A stretch of 64,000 bases of DNA, from assembly GCF_006345805.1 (NCBI RefSeq), contig NC_042999.1, positions 62,496,001-62,560,000 of the forward strand, read 5' to 3'. The position numbers and the translations under genes are program-made. Below are positions 1 through 14,240 of this stretch, in pieces. The notes beneath the pieces were generated by a model that was not told the DNA's origin, did not search any database, and was given only the letters and a program-made list of their open reading frames with translations. Within the stretch, counting starts at the first letter, position 1, and every line of letters begins with the position of its first letter. The DNA comes from Octopus sinensis (taxonomy: Eukaryota).

Positions 1-900
1 TTTGTTGTCTGCTGTGATAGTAGCTCTCTGACCTTCCCCAGCTGGTTCTTATGCTGACTGCTATGGTTTCAGAGCAACCACTTCTCTTGCTAATTACATC
101 TCCAAGGAAACAAAAGCTATCAACTACTTCTATGAGCCATCCAGGCATTTAAAATAACCTATTTCTGCTCCAGTGCATCTGTCACATATGAAGCATGTGT
201 AGGGTATAGCAGTGGCATTTATACCTACTCCTTTTCTGTATATTAAGCAAGGTCCTTTCCCTAAAGATACCAGAGTCCTATCTTCTTTCCTGCTTACTAA
301 ATCCTTAGTCTTTAAGTTTACCTTGGGACCTCTTGATTCTAGGTTTAGCTTCCATGTTTGGTATTTCCTCTCTAATTCCACAAAAGATTCAGCTATGGAA
401 ACCTGATTCATCAACATATAGGAGTTCCCATTGACAGCCAGCATTAAACTCTTTTGTGATAGTCTGTAGGTCTATGAGGAATAGGAAAGGAATGAGGACT
501 GAATTTTGATAGACTTTTAGCTTCCCACTAAATTTGTCATTGAAAGTGTTGTTGACTCTCACTTAACTTACTGCAACTTTGTACACAGCTTGTACAGCTC
601 TTACCATTGCCTCGCCAGAAAGACTGCATTTGTAATGGCTCCTCCAGACATTAAGACAAACTGTATCTCATCTGGGTCTCCTTTCTCATGGATCAGTTTT
701 GCTAATCTCACTCCATGATTTTCATAACCTGAACTAGTAGTTTGATTCTTTTATAATTTCCTCTCTCTAAGGTTATCTCCATTGCCTTTGTAGCAGTTTT
801 CAAAGATATAACTACACCAGTTAGTGGGTATGGCAACTTCCTACATAACCTGATTAACTATCTGGGTGGTAATCATCTATCGTTTCTCTCCAGAAATTTT
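1..900 (-). mobile_element. Decayed RTE-clade LINE reverse transcriptase fragment
   Basis: Minus-strand peptide IAESFVELERKYQTWKLNLESRGPKVNLKTK follows a degenerate YADD region; frameshifted; homologous to 43075-43760. Confidence 0.75.
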
Positions 901-966
901 AAAAAACCTCTGCAACTATTCCTAAAAGACTTATAATATATGTGTGTATGCATGTCTATGTATGTC

Positions 967-1005
<39 letters not shown>

Positions 1006-1326
1006 TTCTATTATAGCCAGAAATCAGTCAAAACCTTGCGGACGAATTTGGTAGATGGAAACTGAAAGAAGCCTGTTGTACGTATGGATGTGAGTTGGAG
1101 TCTCCTTGTCGTGACATTGTAGTTGTAAATGAATGCTACTGTCACACTGCAGTGTCTTACCTTCCCAATCATGTGGGAAAACAAATCTGGCCATGGAGAA
1201 ATATTGCCTTCCTTGGAAACAGATGAGGATTGGTGATTGGAAGGGCATCCAGTTATAGGAAATCTACCTCAACAAATTACTTTTGACCCATGCAAGCATA
1301 GGAAAGTGGGCATTAAAGTTAAGATG

Positions 1327-1328
1327 AT

Positions 1329-1410
<82 letters not shown>

Positions 1411-1570
1411 TATATACATACATATATATACATATATATATATATATGTGTGTGTGTGTGGTGTGTGTGTGTGTGTGTCGAGAGAGAGAGAGAGGTATAT
1501 GTATTTATATGTGTATATATATGTATTTATGTGTCTGTTTGTAAATGTAAATAGTCATATATATATAGTG
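1327..1570. repeat. (TA)n/(TG)n/(GA)n microsatellite block
   Basis: Direct inspection. Confidence 0.95.
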
Positions 1571-2069
1571 TATTCATAGGTAAATGACTAACAGCCTTTG
1601 TTTCTCTTTATGGTTTCACTATTCCTTAATTATTATGTCATTAACACCTAATTGATAGGCAGATGGATAAAACTAAGAGATCTTTTTATTCCTCTTTAAT
1701 TATACTGCAAAATATATAAATATGACAATAGAAGAAATACCATTCCAGTTCTACATGTAAATTGATTATTATAATTTGTATTACATTATTTGTGGATTAT
1801 GAGTTCATTAAAATCTTCAGCTTTTATTTCTATTACAAAATCACATTTAAAATTAAGTTAACTTTTTCATATATGTAATTTATTTGTTATTTCTTAAGAG
1901 GTTCAGTTAGCCATTATTGCTGCTGCTGTTACTGCTACTACTATTACTACTACTACTAGTAGTAATATATAATGCTAGAATTTGTTTATGTTTCTTTGTA
2001 TTCTAAGGCAACTTTCATAAATATACTTTTAAGATTTAAGACTTATTTAAAATATTATTATTATTCCTT

Positions 2070-3251
2070 AGATTGGTGGTGGTGATTAGCAGAATTAGTA
2101 AAGCAATTCCTAGTTGCATCTAGTTGTGTCTCTTTAACTCCTGAATTCAGAACCAGCCTTGCTATTCATCTTCTAACAATTGATAAAATTAATGTTTCAA
2201 GTACCAGTGTTGATAAATTGACACCATTTTTCCGGTTAGAATTTTTAACCTTCTGTGATACTATAAAAATATATTCTTATTTTTATTAAGGTGAGTGAGG
2301 GTATGTGGCTTAGTGGTTAGGGCATTTGGATCATGATCGTAAGGTTGTGAGTTCGATTCCCAGCGACGTATTGTGTCCTTGAGCAAGACACTTTATTTCA
2401 TGTTGCTCCAGTCCACTCAGCTGGCAAAAATAAGTAGTACCTGTATTTCAAAAGGGCCAGCCTTGTCACACTCTGTGTCACGCTGAATCTCCTTGCGAAC
2501 TACATTAAGGGTACAAGTGTCTGTGGAGTGCTCAGCCACATGCATGTTAATTTCATGAGCAAGCTGTTCCGTTGATCGTATCAGCTGGGACCCTTGTCAT
2601 CATAACTGATGGAGTGCTCCTATTAAGGTGATGAGCTGGCTGAATTGTAAGCATGCCAGACAAAATGCTTAGCTGCCTTTTGTTCGGCTTTATATTCTGA
2701 GTTCAAATGCAGCCATTGTTGATTTTTTTTTTCCTTCATCCTTTCAGGGTCAATAAAATAAGTAGTAGTTGAGCACTGGAGTTCATGTAATTGACTTACC
2801 CACCCATCTCAAAATTTCATGCCTTGTGCCTATTGTGGAAAAAAATATTATAATCATTATTATTAAGACAGTGAGCTGGCAGAGTCATTATTAGCATACA
2901 AGATAAAGGGTATTTCGTTCAGCTTTACATTCTGAGTTCACGTTCTGCTATGATCAACCTTGTCATCCTTTCACAGTTGATAAAATGAGTATCAATTAAT
3001 TACTAGTATTGATAAAGTTGACTAAACCCCCTCCTACTAAATTTCAGGTTGTGCCTATAGTAGAACTGATTATTATTATTATGGTGGAATTGAGTCAGTA
3101 GAGCACCATAAAAAATATTCTACAGTATTTAAGCAGGCCCCATCATGTTCTGGATTCAAATCTCACCAAAGTTAGCTTTTCCTTTCAGCCTTTCCTTAAG
3201 ATCAGAAGTCATAATAGCCAGTGCCTGGTATTGCATCAGGGCATTTATTAT

Positions 3252-3310
<59 letters not shown>

Positions 3311-3558
3311 GAAGGAGGCAAGCTGGCAGAATCATTACCACACCAAGTGAAATGCTTAGTGGTATTTCATCTGTCTTCACATTCTGGGTTCAAATTCAAC
3401 CAAATTTCACTTTGCCTGTCATCCTTTCAAGGTCAATAGAATAAGTACCAGTTGAGTACTGGGGTTGATGTAATTGACTATCCCCAACCACAAAAATTTC
3501 AGGCCTTGTGCCTATAGTAGAAAGGATTATTATTATTATTATTATTATATTATTATTA

Positions 3559-3596
<38 letters not shown>

Positions 3597-3811
3597 GAAG
3601 GAGGCAAGCTGGCAGAATCATTACCACACCAAGTGAAATGCTTAGTGGTATTTCATCTGTCTTCACATTCTGGGTTCAAATTCAACCAAATTTCACTTTG
3701 CCTGTCATCCTTTCAAGGTCAATAGAATAAGTACCAGTTGAGTACTGGGGTTGATGTAATTGACTATCCCCAACCACAAAAATTTCAGGCCTTGTGCCTA
3801 TAGTAGAAAGG

Positions 3812-3869
<58 letters not shown>

Positions 3870-4287
3870 CAGCGAGCTAGCAGAATCATTAGTGCACTGG
3901 ACAAAATGCTTAATAATATTTTGCCCGTCACTATGTTCTGAGTTCAAATTCCACTGAGGTCAACTTTGCCTTTCATCCTTTTGGGGGGTCAATAAAATAA
4001 ATAACACTGGGGTTAATGTAATCAGCTCATCCATTCCCTAAAATTATTGGACTTGTGCCAAAATTTGAAGCCATTATTATTATTATTATTATCAAAGGCA
4101 GAGAATCTGGGAGAGTTATTAGCATGTCGAAATATCTAGCAGCATTTCTTCTGACTCTACATTCTAGGTTCAAATGCTGCTGAGGTCTACTTTGCCTTTT
4201 ATAAAATAAAGTACCAGTCAAGTGATAAGGTCAGAGTAAATGTCTAACCCCTCCCACCAAAGTTGTTGGCCTTGTGCGAAAATTTGA

Positions 4288-4319
<32 letters not shown>

Positions 4320-5442
4320 TGAAGGCTGGCTGAATAAATTGGCATATCAGACAAAATGCTTAGCATAATTTTTTGTTTGTCTTTTATCCTTTCTGAGGTG
4401 ATAAAATAGAATAACATTCAAGTACTTGGGTTGTTATCACTTAACACCACCTACCCTGTTTCCAAAATGGCTGGCCTTGTGCTGAAATTAAAAAGCATTA
4501 TCATTATTATTATTATTATAAGGCAGTGAGCTGACAGGAACGTTAGCACACCAGGCGAAATGCTTAGCAGTATTTCATCTGTCTTTACATTCTGAGTTCA
4601 AATTCTGCCAAGGTCAACTTTGCCTTTCATCCTTTCAAGGTCAATAAATTAAGTACTAGTTGCATACTGGGGTCGAACTAATTGACTGCCCCCCCTCCCC
4701 CAAAATTTCAGTTCTTGTGCCTAGAGTAGAAAAGATCATTATTATTATTATAATTATTTTTATTATTATTATTATAAGACGGTAAGCTGGCAAAATCGTT
4801 AGCACCCCAGGCAACATGCTTAGTGGCATTTCAAGTTCAAATTCTGCCGAGATCAACTTTGCCTTTCAACCTTTCGGCTTCAATAAATTAAGCACCAGTG
4901 AAACACTGGGGTTGATGTGATCAAATGATCCCCTGCCACCAAATTTCAGGCCTTGTGCCTATAGTAGAAAAGGATTATTATTATTATTAAAGTGGCAAAC
5001 TGCAGAATTGTTAGCACACTGGCCAAAATGCTTAGCAGCATTTCATCCATCTTCATGTTCTGAGTTCAAATTTTGCTAGAGTTGACTTTGCCTTTCATCC
5101 TTTCCGGGCCAATAAATTATGCACAAGTCAAGCGCTGGGATCGATGTAATCGGCTATACTCCTCCACCAAAATTTCAGACCTTGTGTCTATAGTAGAAGG
5201 TGGCAAGCTGGCAGAAACGTTAGCGCACTGGTCGAAATGCTCTGTGGTTATGCTCTGAGTTCAAATTCCGCCGAGATCGACTTTGCCTTTCATCCTTTTG
5301 GGGTCAATACATAAAGTACCAGTTATGCACAGGGGTCGATGTAATCGACTTAATCCCTCTGTCTGTCCTTGTTTGTCCCCTCTATGTTTAGCCCCTTCTG
5401 GGCAATAAAGAAATATATAGTAGAAAGGATTATTATTATTAT
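2070..5442 (+). mobile_element. Head-to-tail array of roughly 12 SINE family A copies separated by (ATT)n
   Basis: Repeated ~220 bp unit gagctggcagaatcgttagc...gagttcaaattc (A/B-box-like)...gcctttcatcctttc...gataaaataagtaccag...ggccttgtgcc followed by ATT tails. Confidence 0.9.
2295..2620 (+). mobile_element. tRNA-derived SINE nested in the head of a family A SINE
   Basis: A box tggcttagtgg, B box gagttcgattcc; TSD tattaaggtga at 2284-2294 and 2621-2631. Confidence 0.85.
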
Positions 5443-5864
5443 TGCAGTAAAGTCAATACAACAGTAGAACAGGCTAGTTTACTTTATTGTATCCCATTTG
5501 ATATTTCACTTTTCTGAGTTCAATTTCATGCTAAGATTGCCTTTACTTTATATTCTTTAAAGGTTGATAAAATAACAATGGGTTCAATTATATATTTAAT
5601 CATTATTACTTTTTATCATCATCATTATGTAGTTGGCTTTTTAAGTAGAAAATTATAACATTGCTCTTGTGTTTAAGATATATATTCTTATATTCAAATT
5701 TTGCATATCTTTCATCAGGTAAGTTTTCATTTTTTTCAAATAAATTTCGCATTAGTTTTCTTTACTTTGGTGGTTATTAGATGAATGGAATGTCAAAAGT
5801 GAAATTTCTCGGTGTATTTTTTATTGTGTCACAAGACATCAGTAACAACATTAATCTACAGTGA

Positions 5865-6088
5865 ATATATATATATGTGTGTGTGTGTGTATTTACATAT
5901 GTATATATATATGTCTATATATATGTCTGTATATACATATGTAATTGTATATGTACATATATGGATGTATGTGTGTGTATATATATATATAATGTATGTG
6001 TATATGTCTATATATGTATGTATATGTATTTGTATATATATGTATGTGTATATATATACATATATGTATATATATATGTACATGTATG

Positions 6089-6167
<79 letters not shown>

Positions 6168-6205
6168 GTATGTGTATATATAATGTGTGTGTATATATAT
6201 GCATA
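5865..6205. repeat. (TA)n/(TATG)n microsatellite
   Basis: Direct inspection; explains the YI-repeat ORFs. Confidence 0.95.
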
Positions 6206-9200
6206 GAAACTCTAGAAACTAGGTGTGCATTTTTGTAAAATCAGGTTAGTTGTTCAGCCATATTCATGACTGAATGTTTACCTGGGTTCTGTTTTTTGAT
6301 ATTGTCTCTTGATTTATGGTTGCAAGTGTTTGATATCTTAACATTTTCTTCAAAATTTTGATCATATTTGTCTGATTATCTCAACAAGTTTAATCTCTGT
6401 TAAAACCCACTTTTATTTATTTCTTTTTTTTTTCAAATACAGTTGTTTATTTTGATGGGTTCACTTGATATTTTCAAACCGATTCTAAGTTAGCAAGACT
6501 TTAATTGAAACATTTGATAAATATTTTTAGAAAATTTCTAATATATATAGATTATAAACAAATTAAAGTTCTTATATAAATGAAATGTAACAATATTTCT
6601 TCTTTCTTTTTACCTGAGGCTAGTGTATGACATTATAATATTACTGCTAATGTTTAAATTCTCTAAATTATAATGTCAGTTATTATATATGCTCGAATAT
6701 AAAGTGAAGAATTTTCTCAAATATTTCCCTCAATTTCAAAGCAAACAGAAAAGCTACTATCTAGTTGATTCTCAAGGAAGTCCCTATTAATCATATTAAG
6801 TTATGAGGGACTTTGTAAAGACTGAAACATATGGTGCCCCTTCACCCTATATTTGAGCATATGCAATAACTTTTATCACAAATCAATGCATTTAATTTAC
6901 TTTCAGTTCCAAAATATATTGTAAAAGAAAAGAAAATACATTTATGGTTTCTTGTGTAAAATCTATAGTTTTGATATAGATCATAACTATATTCCTTTCA
7001 CAATTATAGATTTGTGCCTTGTAGCATAAGATCACAAATGTGAATGATTGATTAAATCAATGTACTATATGCCTGGTACTGTTTTATAAGTCTAGTTGGT
7101 ATATAAAACTCTTTTGACTCTGACTACATTTGAACTCAGAATGTAGAGAGAGCAAACACATTTTGTTCAATGCTGTATCCATTTTACATTACAACCACTT
7201 TTATTAGTTATGTTACCAATTAGCAGTCAAGAAAGAGATGAAAACTTAATAAAATTCATTTTCACAATTTTAATTGATTAAATCATACACTCACATATGA
7301 TAAAGGCTGATGATGAATAAATGTCATTATTTCATAATAGCTCATAGTTATTGTTATTCACATAGACTATTTTACTCTTACTAAATACTAGTATAAGTAG
7401 GTTCAGGTGTATGTGCTACAAAATATATTATTATATTTGAAAAAAAAATGTACAGAGAAAACCATTATTTTTATGTACAGATATATGTAAGTAATAATTA
7501 AAAATCAATACTACTACAGTTTACCATGTGGTGCTATTGTAATAGGCATGGCTTAATATCTAAGTCTACTATTATATACTGATTTAGATCACTGTGCAGG
7601 TATTGTGATCAGTAAGCAATTATATCAATCAATTTCACTTTTGCAATTGATGGATTAGCATTGAAGTACTTTAAACCCTAAAACTTATTTTACTCATTTA
7701 GTTTTCACATGATATCTTGCAATAAATGCTGTGATAAATACAAAAGACTATGAGCCCATGAACAACTTCATATTAGTTATTTGAATATCAAATTTAAGCA
7801 AATTAACTACTTACATTCTTTTATTTTCTCTCTGCTTACTGTTTAATCAATGCCTCAGCAGTTATTTTAATAATAGAAGAAAATAATATTTAAAGGAGAA
7901 CTGAATAAGCTAAGCATTAAGTCAAAGATAAATAATGCATTGAAAATATTTTACTCTTCTCTCTTTCAATCTGCTTGTAAATATCAATTGATACCCTGTT
8001 GTGAATAAGAAATGATTTTTGAAATAGTCAGTAGTAGAAAATGATATCTAACAACATGATTTTTTTTCTCTGTAGCTGACCTGGTAGTGTCCTAACCAGA
8101 TTGCATGTTATGTCAATTAGACTCTTTTCTATAGCTGTGTTCTGTTCATGTAATTCTCATTAATGTCAAACCAGTTAGTAAGTATGTGATCTAGTCTGGC
8201 TTTATAAAGATACATAATGCCATTTAATTCTCTAATAAAGTCAATATCTATTTTAAATGCACAATAAGCATTTCATTTTCAGTGTGACTTACACACCTGA
8301 TTAAATATGCTGTTGTCACAAATGACATCTTTCTTTATGTTATTATCATATAATTATCCTATCAGTTTTCTCAAAAAATAGAAAAATGCTTGCTTTCTTT
8401 ACAAATTGAGATGATTAGATTTAGAGTTTATTACCATTGTCATTATCATCATCATCTTAGAGGATATATTAACTAACACATCAGTGGTGTCATCTTTATC
8501 ATCAATGTAATTGTTGTTCATTATCATTTTATCATTATTCATTTTAATTTTAGTAAATCATTGCAAAATTAGTACTTAGTGTTAATTTCTTTTATAATGT
8601 AATTTTCTTTTTCATTTCTGCACCATCCTCACCAGTTTCACATCCTTTCTAACATTTTCAGTTGAAGCTGTTACTCGGGGATGGTTAGCTTAAAAACTAA
8701 CATCAAAAATAAAATCGAATATAGCTGTGTTAAAATTTTCACTAAATTGATAATTCTCACTTTAAAAATCTAGTAAAGAACTTCAACTCACAGTATTCAT
8801 ATATCTAAAATGTTTAGAATAATTTGAGCACACTTCATTTCAACTAAGTCACAATATTAATCAAGGATATTAATCACTTTCCAATAAAGATGCAGCCATA
8901 CTAATTAGAGTCAATGGTCTTAATTTAAAATCTGAGTAAATAAATATCATTGATATTCTTTGTCTTTGGGAAATATATATAATAATATTATATATATATA
9001 TATATATATATTCTCTTTCAGCAATTAGAAAAAAGTGTTATAAGTATTATAAATTTTAGGCATAACCAGTGTGATTAGTGTGCTTGTTCATTAAATTTCA
9101 ACATACTGTGAGAAAAAAAAAAACCTTACTGAGATATATCTTCATGTATGTATTACTTATTAGTCTAATTGGATCATATCTGAAAACTAACCTGTTTACT

Positions 9201-10089
9201 ATACTACCAAAATTTACTATTTACTCTTTACTATTTTAGCAAAATTTAAAATATGCGGTAAGTTTGGTGGTATTTGTAGAATGGCAGTCAAAATGCCCTG
9301 AAGCATTTAATTACATCTCTTTCCATTCAAGTTCAAATTCTGCCAAATTTAAGTTGGCTTTTCATGCATCTCGGTTCAGTAGAAGTACCAGTCTAAAAGT
9401 ATTAGGGTAATTAAATCTACTATATCTTTGAATGTAGTAACCTGTTTTGGCCTCAGTCCAATAACTGAAACAAATAAAACAATATAAGAATACACATACT
9501 ATCTAAATTAGCTTTAAATTATCATAAATAATACAGAACTAGACTAAATGTTTTACGAAGGTTTCTATATTCTCTGTTGATATCCTGCCTGTGTTAATAA
9601 CTAGGTAACAGTAATAATAATTAATTAGTATGTCACAATATATATGCAATGTTGGAAATTTTAAAAAAAGAATTGCCTCCTTCTTTGTCAGTAAATCATT
9701 ATCATATTTATTATTATTTTACAATGATTATAATTAGATATTTAGTGAATATATCAGAAAAATCTCACTCATTTGTATTTTTATTGCTTCTCATGACCTC
9801 ATGTTTATTCAGCATTTTCTTTTTAATCATTCATTTATCATTGTCGTTGTTGTTCTCGGTGTTGTCATACCTTTTTCATACATAGATTATATGTATTTTT
9901 TGTATGTATGTGCTTATAATCAGAATAGTGTAGTAGCCTTATATATATAGTATATGTGCATATACATATATTTATATTAATGTACACATGCATAGATATA
10001 TTAGATATATTTAGATATAATATTTGTATATATTACAAATAATATTTATGTATTATATATAATATATATGCACTACATATATCTATTGA

Positions 10090-10389
10090 TAAAAATGGTA
10101 AGACAACAAAAGAATGAAAGAAACCTTGATATTATGTGAATAGAGGAATTTATCTGTAAATGTAATATGCAACAATTATTCGGTAGCCATAATAAAACTC
10201 TGAGTTTTGGATGCCGAGGTGGAAATCCATGCCGCCATCTCTTCAGTTATCCGGCCATCGGATAGATTTTTCATAGCTTTTTTTCCGATGGCCAGATAAC
10301 TGAAGAGATGGCGGCATGGATTTCCCCCTCGGCATCCGAAACTTGGAGTTTTATCATGGCTACCAAATAATTGTCACATATTACATTTA
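10090..10389. mobile_element. Fold-back element 1 (106-bp inverted arms plus left-side tail), Penelope-like architecture
   Basis: Arms 10157-10262 and 10284-10389 are reverse complements with scattered mismatches; lies in TA-rich sequence; tail boundary approximate. Confidence 0.8.
10291..10360 (+). ncRNA. Type I hammerhead ribozyme motif
   Basis: Stem I gataa/ttatc, core CTGAAGA 10300-10306, stem II GATG/CATC, GAAA 10338-10341, stem III ACT-tgg-AGT, cleavage triplet GTT 10348-10350. Confidence 0.72.
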
Positions 10390-11629
10390 TGTATGTATAT
10401 ATATACAAAATAATTTTTGTAAAATAGGAATTTATAATTTTATATATTATATCATATTAATACACGTGCACACACACACACTCATGTAATTATATATATA
10501 TAACTTTACATAATGTTCAATTGTGTACACATATCTACAGCATTGTTTGTAAAAATACTATTCTTTGCTTGTATGGGTCAGGTGAAATTTATTGAAACAG
10601 ATTTTCTGTGGCCAAATGCTATTCATTACCAACTTCCACCTGTCTCCAAGCAAAGTTGTATTTCTCGTAGTCCCTTCGATACAAACTGTACAAATACCAG
10701 AAGTGTTTGCAAACAAATGGCACATAATCTGTGACAGTGGCATTTGTTTAAAATTATCACATATCAATATAAAGACATATAAATTATATACATATATATG
10801 TGTTTATATATCATCATATGTGTATATAAACACATATACCTATATAATACACACACACACATACACATTTGTATATTTATGCATATGTATAATATGTGTG
10901 TATAAAACCCTTCAGTTTCAGTCTACTGGACCCTCTTACAAGAATATATATAATCTCCAAAGAAAAGCCAGTCATCATGCCAATCACTAACTCTTGAAAT
11001 CCTTAGGCCTTGGAGAGAGAAATGAAACCATTTTGTGGATTGAGTCTGTATTTCTGGATCATAAAGATATGATCTCATCTCCCTCCCTGTCACCAGATCA
11101 GAAAAATGTGTCTTTAATGGCTTCAAATGCTTCAAACAGATCAGATCAGATTATAGTACACTTTCTGATACCTAAAATTTTTCACCATCTTCTATAATGT
11201 ATTGTGACCATTATTCATTTGAGCCTTACAGATTGTGACTCATCAGTCTGCATAAACCTGTTTGTCTACTCACTAGCAATTTGTGTCAGTTGTCATAGTT
11301 GATGGTTTTTCTAGTGCATGGTTTTGGCTTCAATCTGGTTTCCTCCTTTTTAAAAATTTTTCATCCATCTATGCACATTGCTCTCCTCAATGAAATCATT
11401 TCCATAAACAACCTGCAGTCTTCTGTGGACGTCAGACATACCTTCTTCATCAAGAAATCATCAGCATCTTACTTCTGCTTTTATTTGCCTACAATGAAAA
11501 AAGAAGAGGAACAATAGTTACTCTACCAAGATGTGCAATTTGGAGGACTTATGCAGTTATAGAAAAGTTATACCACTTTAGGATTATTCTTGGGATAGCC
11601 CTTATGTCTGCACACACACATATATATAT

Positions 11630-11860
11630 TTCTTTACTACTCACAAGGGGTTAAACATAGAGGGGACGAACAAGGACAGACAAAGGGATTAAGTCGATTA
11701 CATCGCTCCCAGTGTGAAACTGGTACTTAATTTATCGACCCTGAAATGATGAAACGCAAATTCGACCTCAGCGGAATTTGAACTCAGAACGTAACGGCAG
11801 ACGAAATACAGCTACGTATTTCGCCCGGCATGCTAACGTTTCTGCTAGCTCGCCGCCTTA
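11630..11860 (-). mobile_element. SINE family A copy (alternative tail subfamily)
   Basis: Reverse complement of the 5200-5415 unit. Confidence 0.85.
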
Positions 11861-12908
11861 TATGTATATATATGCACACACATATATATATACATATAAA
11901 TCATACACACACACACATCAAATTCATCATCATCATCATCATCATCATTAAATGTCTGTTTTCCATTCTGACATGGGTTGGACACTTAGATAGAAATTGG
12001 CAAGCCAGAGCATTGCACTGAGCTCCAGTGTCTCCCTTGGCATGGTTTCTACAGCTCGATGCCCTTCCTAACACCATCAACTTTACTTAATATATTGTGT
12101 GCTTTTATGTGGTACCAGCACTAAGTGGAGGTGTGTATTGAGGGAGGTAGCTTTATGTAATGTGATGAGATGTTAAAGTATGACAGTATGTTGTGTCAGT
12201 AATACATGGTTACCTTAGCCATGTGTCACCTCTACAGGTGATAAAAAAAGAGAGATGGTAGTGAATAGACATCCCGGCATACCCACAAGCTTCATGAAGG
12301 TGAATATAAGATAAATGGAACAGAAGATTGAACTAGGCTAATAAGTAGATAGATTCACAAGAGAGTGAAAGGAAAGTGGCAAATGGATAAAAATGGGGAT
12401 AGAGAAATACAGTGTATGGGGAACATGGATAGACATTTGGTGAGTGGGGAATTTCAGTTTTCAGAGTAAAGGTAATAGAAGTGTGTCAAGGAGATGATAG
12501 GTGGCAGCACAAAAGTGGGGTGAAATATGTGCAGTTCTGCTTTCATATAATTACAGCAGCTAAGTGGTATATATGTGTGCGTGTTTGTATTGATATAGAA
12601 AGATAGATATATGCACAATATCCACAAGTGCATGCACACACATATAGCTGAAAATGTATATAACTGAATATGTATTTATGATAGTATGTATAAGTGCTAT
12701 GAATTGGTAGTTATGTATAAGCATCAGTGGAGAGTGGTTGATTTGCAAAACTTTTTAAAGCATTAACTGAGGTTGCCTGGTGTCAAGCTATATAGGTTTT
12801 TAAGGAAAACTTTTTCTTTGAATAACATTTGTATTGTGGAAGGGGCATAATTGTATGCATGGCAGACAGTCTTCCACAAAATTTTTTGTCAGCACATTTA
12901 GCTACAGA

Positions 12909-13132
12909 TATGAGGGGTTGCTGAAAAGTTCCTGGCTTTGGGTAAAAGAAAATACAGGGAGGATCAGTCAGTTATGATTTTATTCAACATATTCCCTTCT
13001 CAGATTCACACACACTTACTGCAGTGTTCCTTCAGTTTTTCTAAGCCCTGTAAAATTAACTCAGAAGGTTGGGTTTCCAACGAGGCCTTACACGATACCC
13101 TTAAAGCCAGAAACTTTTCAGCACTCCTTGTA
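12909..13132 (-). mobile_element. Mariner-derived MITE
   Basis: ~30 bp TIRs tatgaggggttgctgaaaagttcctggcttt / aaagccagaaacttttcagcactccttgta with TA ends; internal minus-strand GLEKLKEHCSKCV resembles a mariner transposase C-terminus. Confidence 0.8.
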
Positions 13133-13394
13133 TATTGACAAATTTGAATGACAGAAGCCATTTGTGTGTGTGTAAACGTATGTAAATCCTCCCATTGAAT
13201 CACATACTCATCTGAAACTTCTGGATCCGCTTCTCTGACCCAACAACTGCTCCAATCTTTCTCCACCTCCTCACCTGAAGAAAGATCATAACTTTGCCAC
13301 CTCTGAGTTAGTAGCTTTATAGCTCCCAGCCATACACAACCAGGCGCTCTTAAATGCACTTGTTAACAATGCAACAATTGTCCTTATATTTGTT

Positions 13395-13625
13395 TCTTTA
13401 TTATCCACAAGGGGCTAAACTTAGAGGGGACTAACAAGGACAGGCAAACGAATTAAGTCAATTACATCGACCCCAGTGCATAACTGGTACATAATTTATC
13501 GACCCCAAAAGGATGAAAGGCAAAGTCAACCTCGGCAGAATTTGAACTCAGAACGTAACAGCAGACGAAATACGGCTACACATTTTGCCCGGCATGCAAA
13601 CGGTTCTGCCAGCTCAACGCCTTAT
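13395..13625 (-). mobile_element. SINE family A copy
   Basis: Same unit as 11630-11860. Confidence 0.85.
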
Positions 13626-14020
13626 ATTATTTGTCCTTATATTAACAACACTGTAGCTTTAGTCATTGGAGAGCCATTCCATTTTTATCCTTCAGCTCAC
13701 CATAAATTTTTCTTCCACTTCACCCACAACAGCTTCTCATTTAATTTCCTTCCCCCTCTCTCTCTTTCTCTCACTTCCTCCTAGTTTTTTTTTTCCTCTC
13801 CTTCTACCTGTCTGCATACACATACTTGTTGTTTTGTGTTACCCATCAGTTACAGCCTCAAAGTTTACATCCTCAGACAATATAAAACTCTGCTGTCTTA
13901 ACCCTGTAGAGGACTCAGTCCAAAATGATGGATACTCTACTCCCCTGTGGCAGTTTCACCTTAATTTTTCTGTGGCTATTTCTAAATGATACTTTTTTGA
14001 ACCTGTCTACTCTTTAATAA

Positions 14021-14240
14021 CCCTTTAGCATTCAAACTGGCCATATCTGGTCTCAGTATTCTACTTGCTTTATGTTCAAACCAGCCAGATGCAACTTTAC
14101 ACACTTACCCTATAATGTCCTTCTAAAAATAAGCAATCACATCATGAAAATCTCAAAGATACAAAATAATGCATGATTAATTCAAAACAATATGAATAAA
14201 TAAGCATTGCATTTAACAAAATAATCTGAATGCTAAAGGG
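14021..14240. mobile_element. piggyBac-like MITE
   Basis: Perfect TIR ccctttagcattca / tgaatgctaaaggg with TAA/TTA flanks (degenerate TTAA); second inverted copy at about 38202-38936. Confidence 0.75.

Noticed and set aside
1237-6238. ORFs rich in YI/CV/poly-L/poly-N (1237, 3145, 3156, 5812-6238; similar ones at 23824-24119, 33243 and 40580)
   Set aside because: Translations of TA, TG, GA and ATT microsatellites; no coding signal.
8662-8683. 22-nt candidate microexon after a pyrimidine tract
   Set aside because: Not frame-preserving, weak donor, no homology support.
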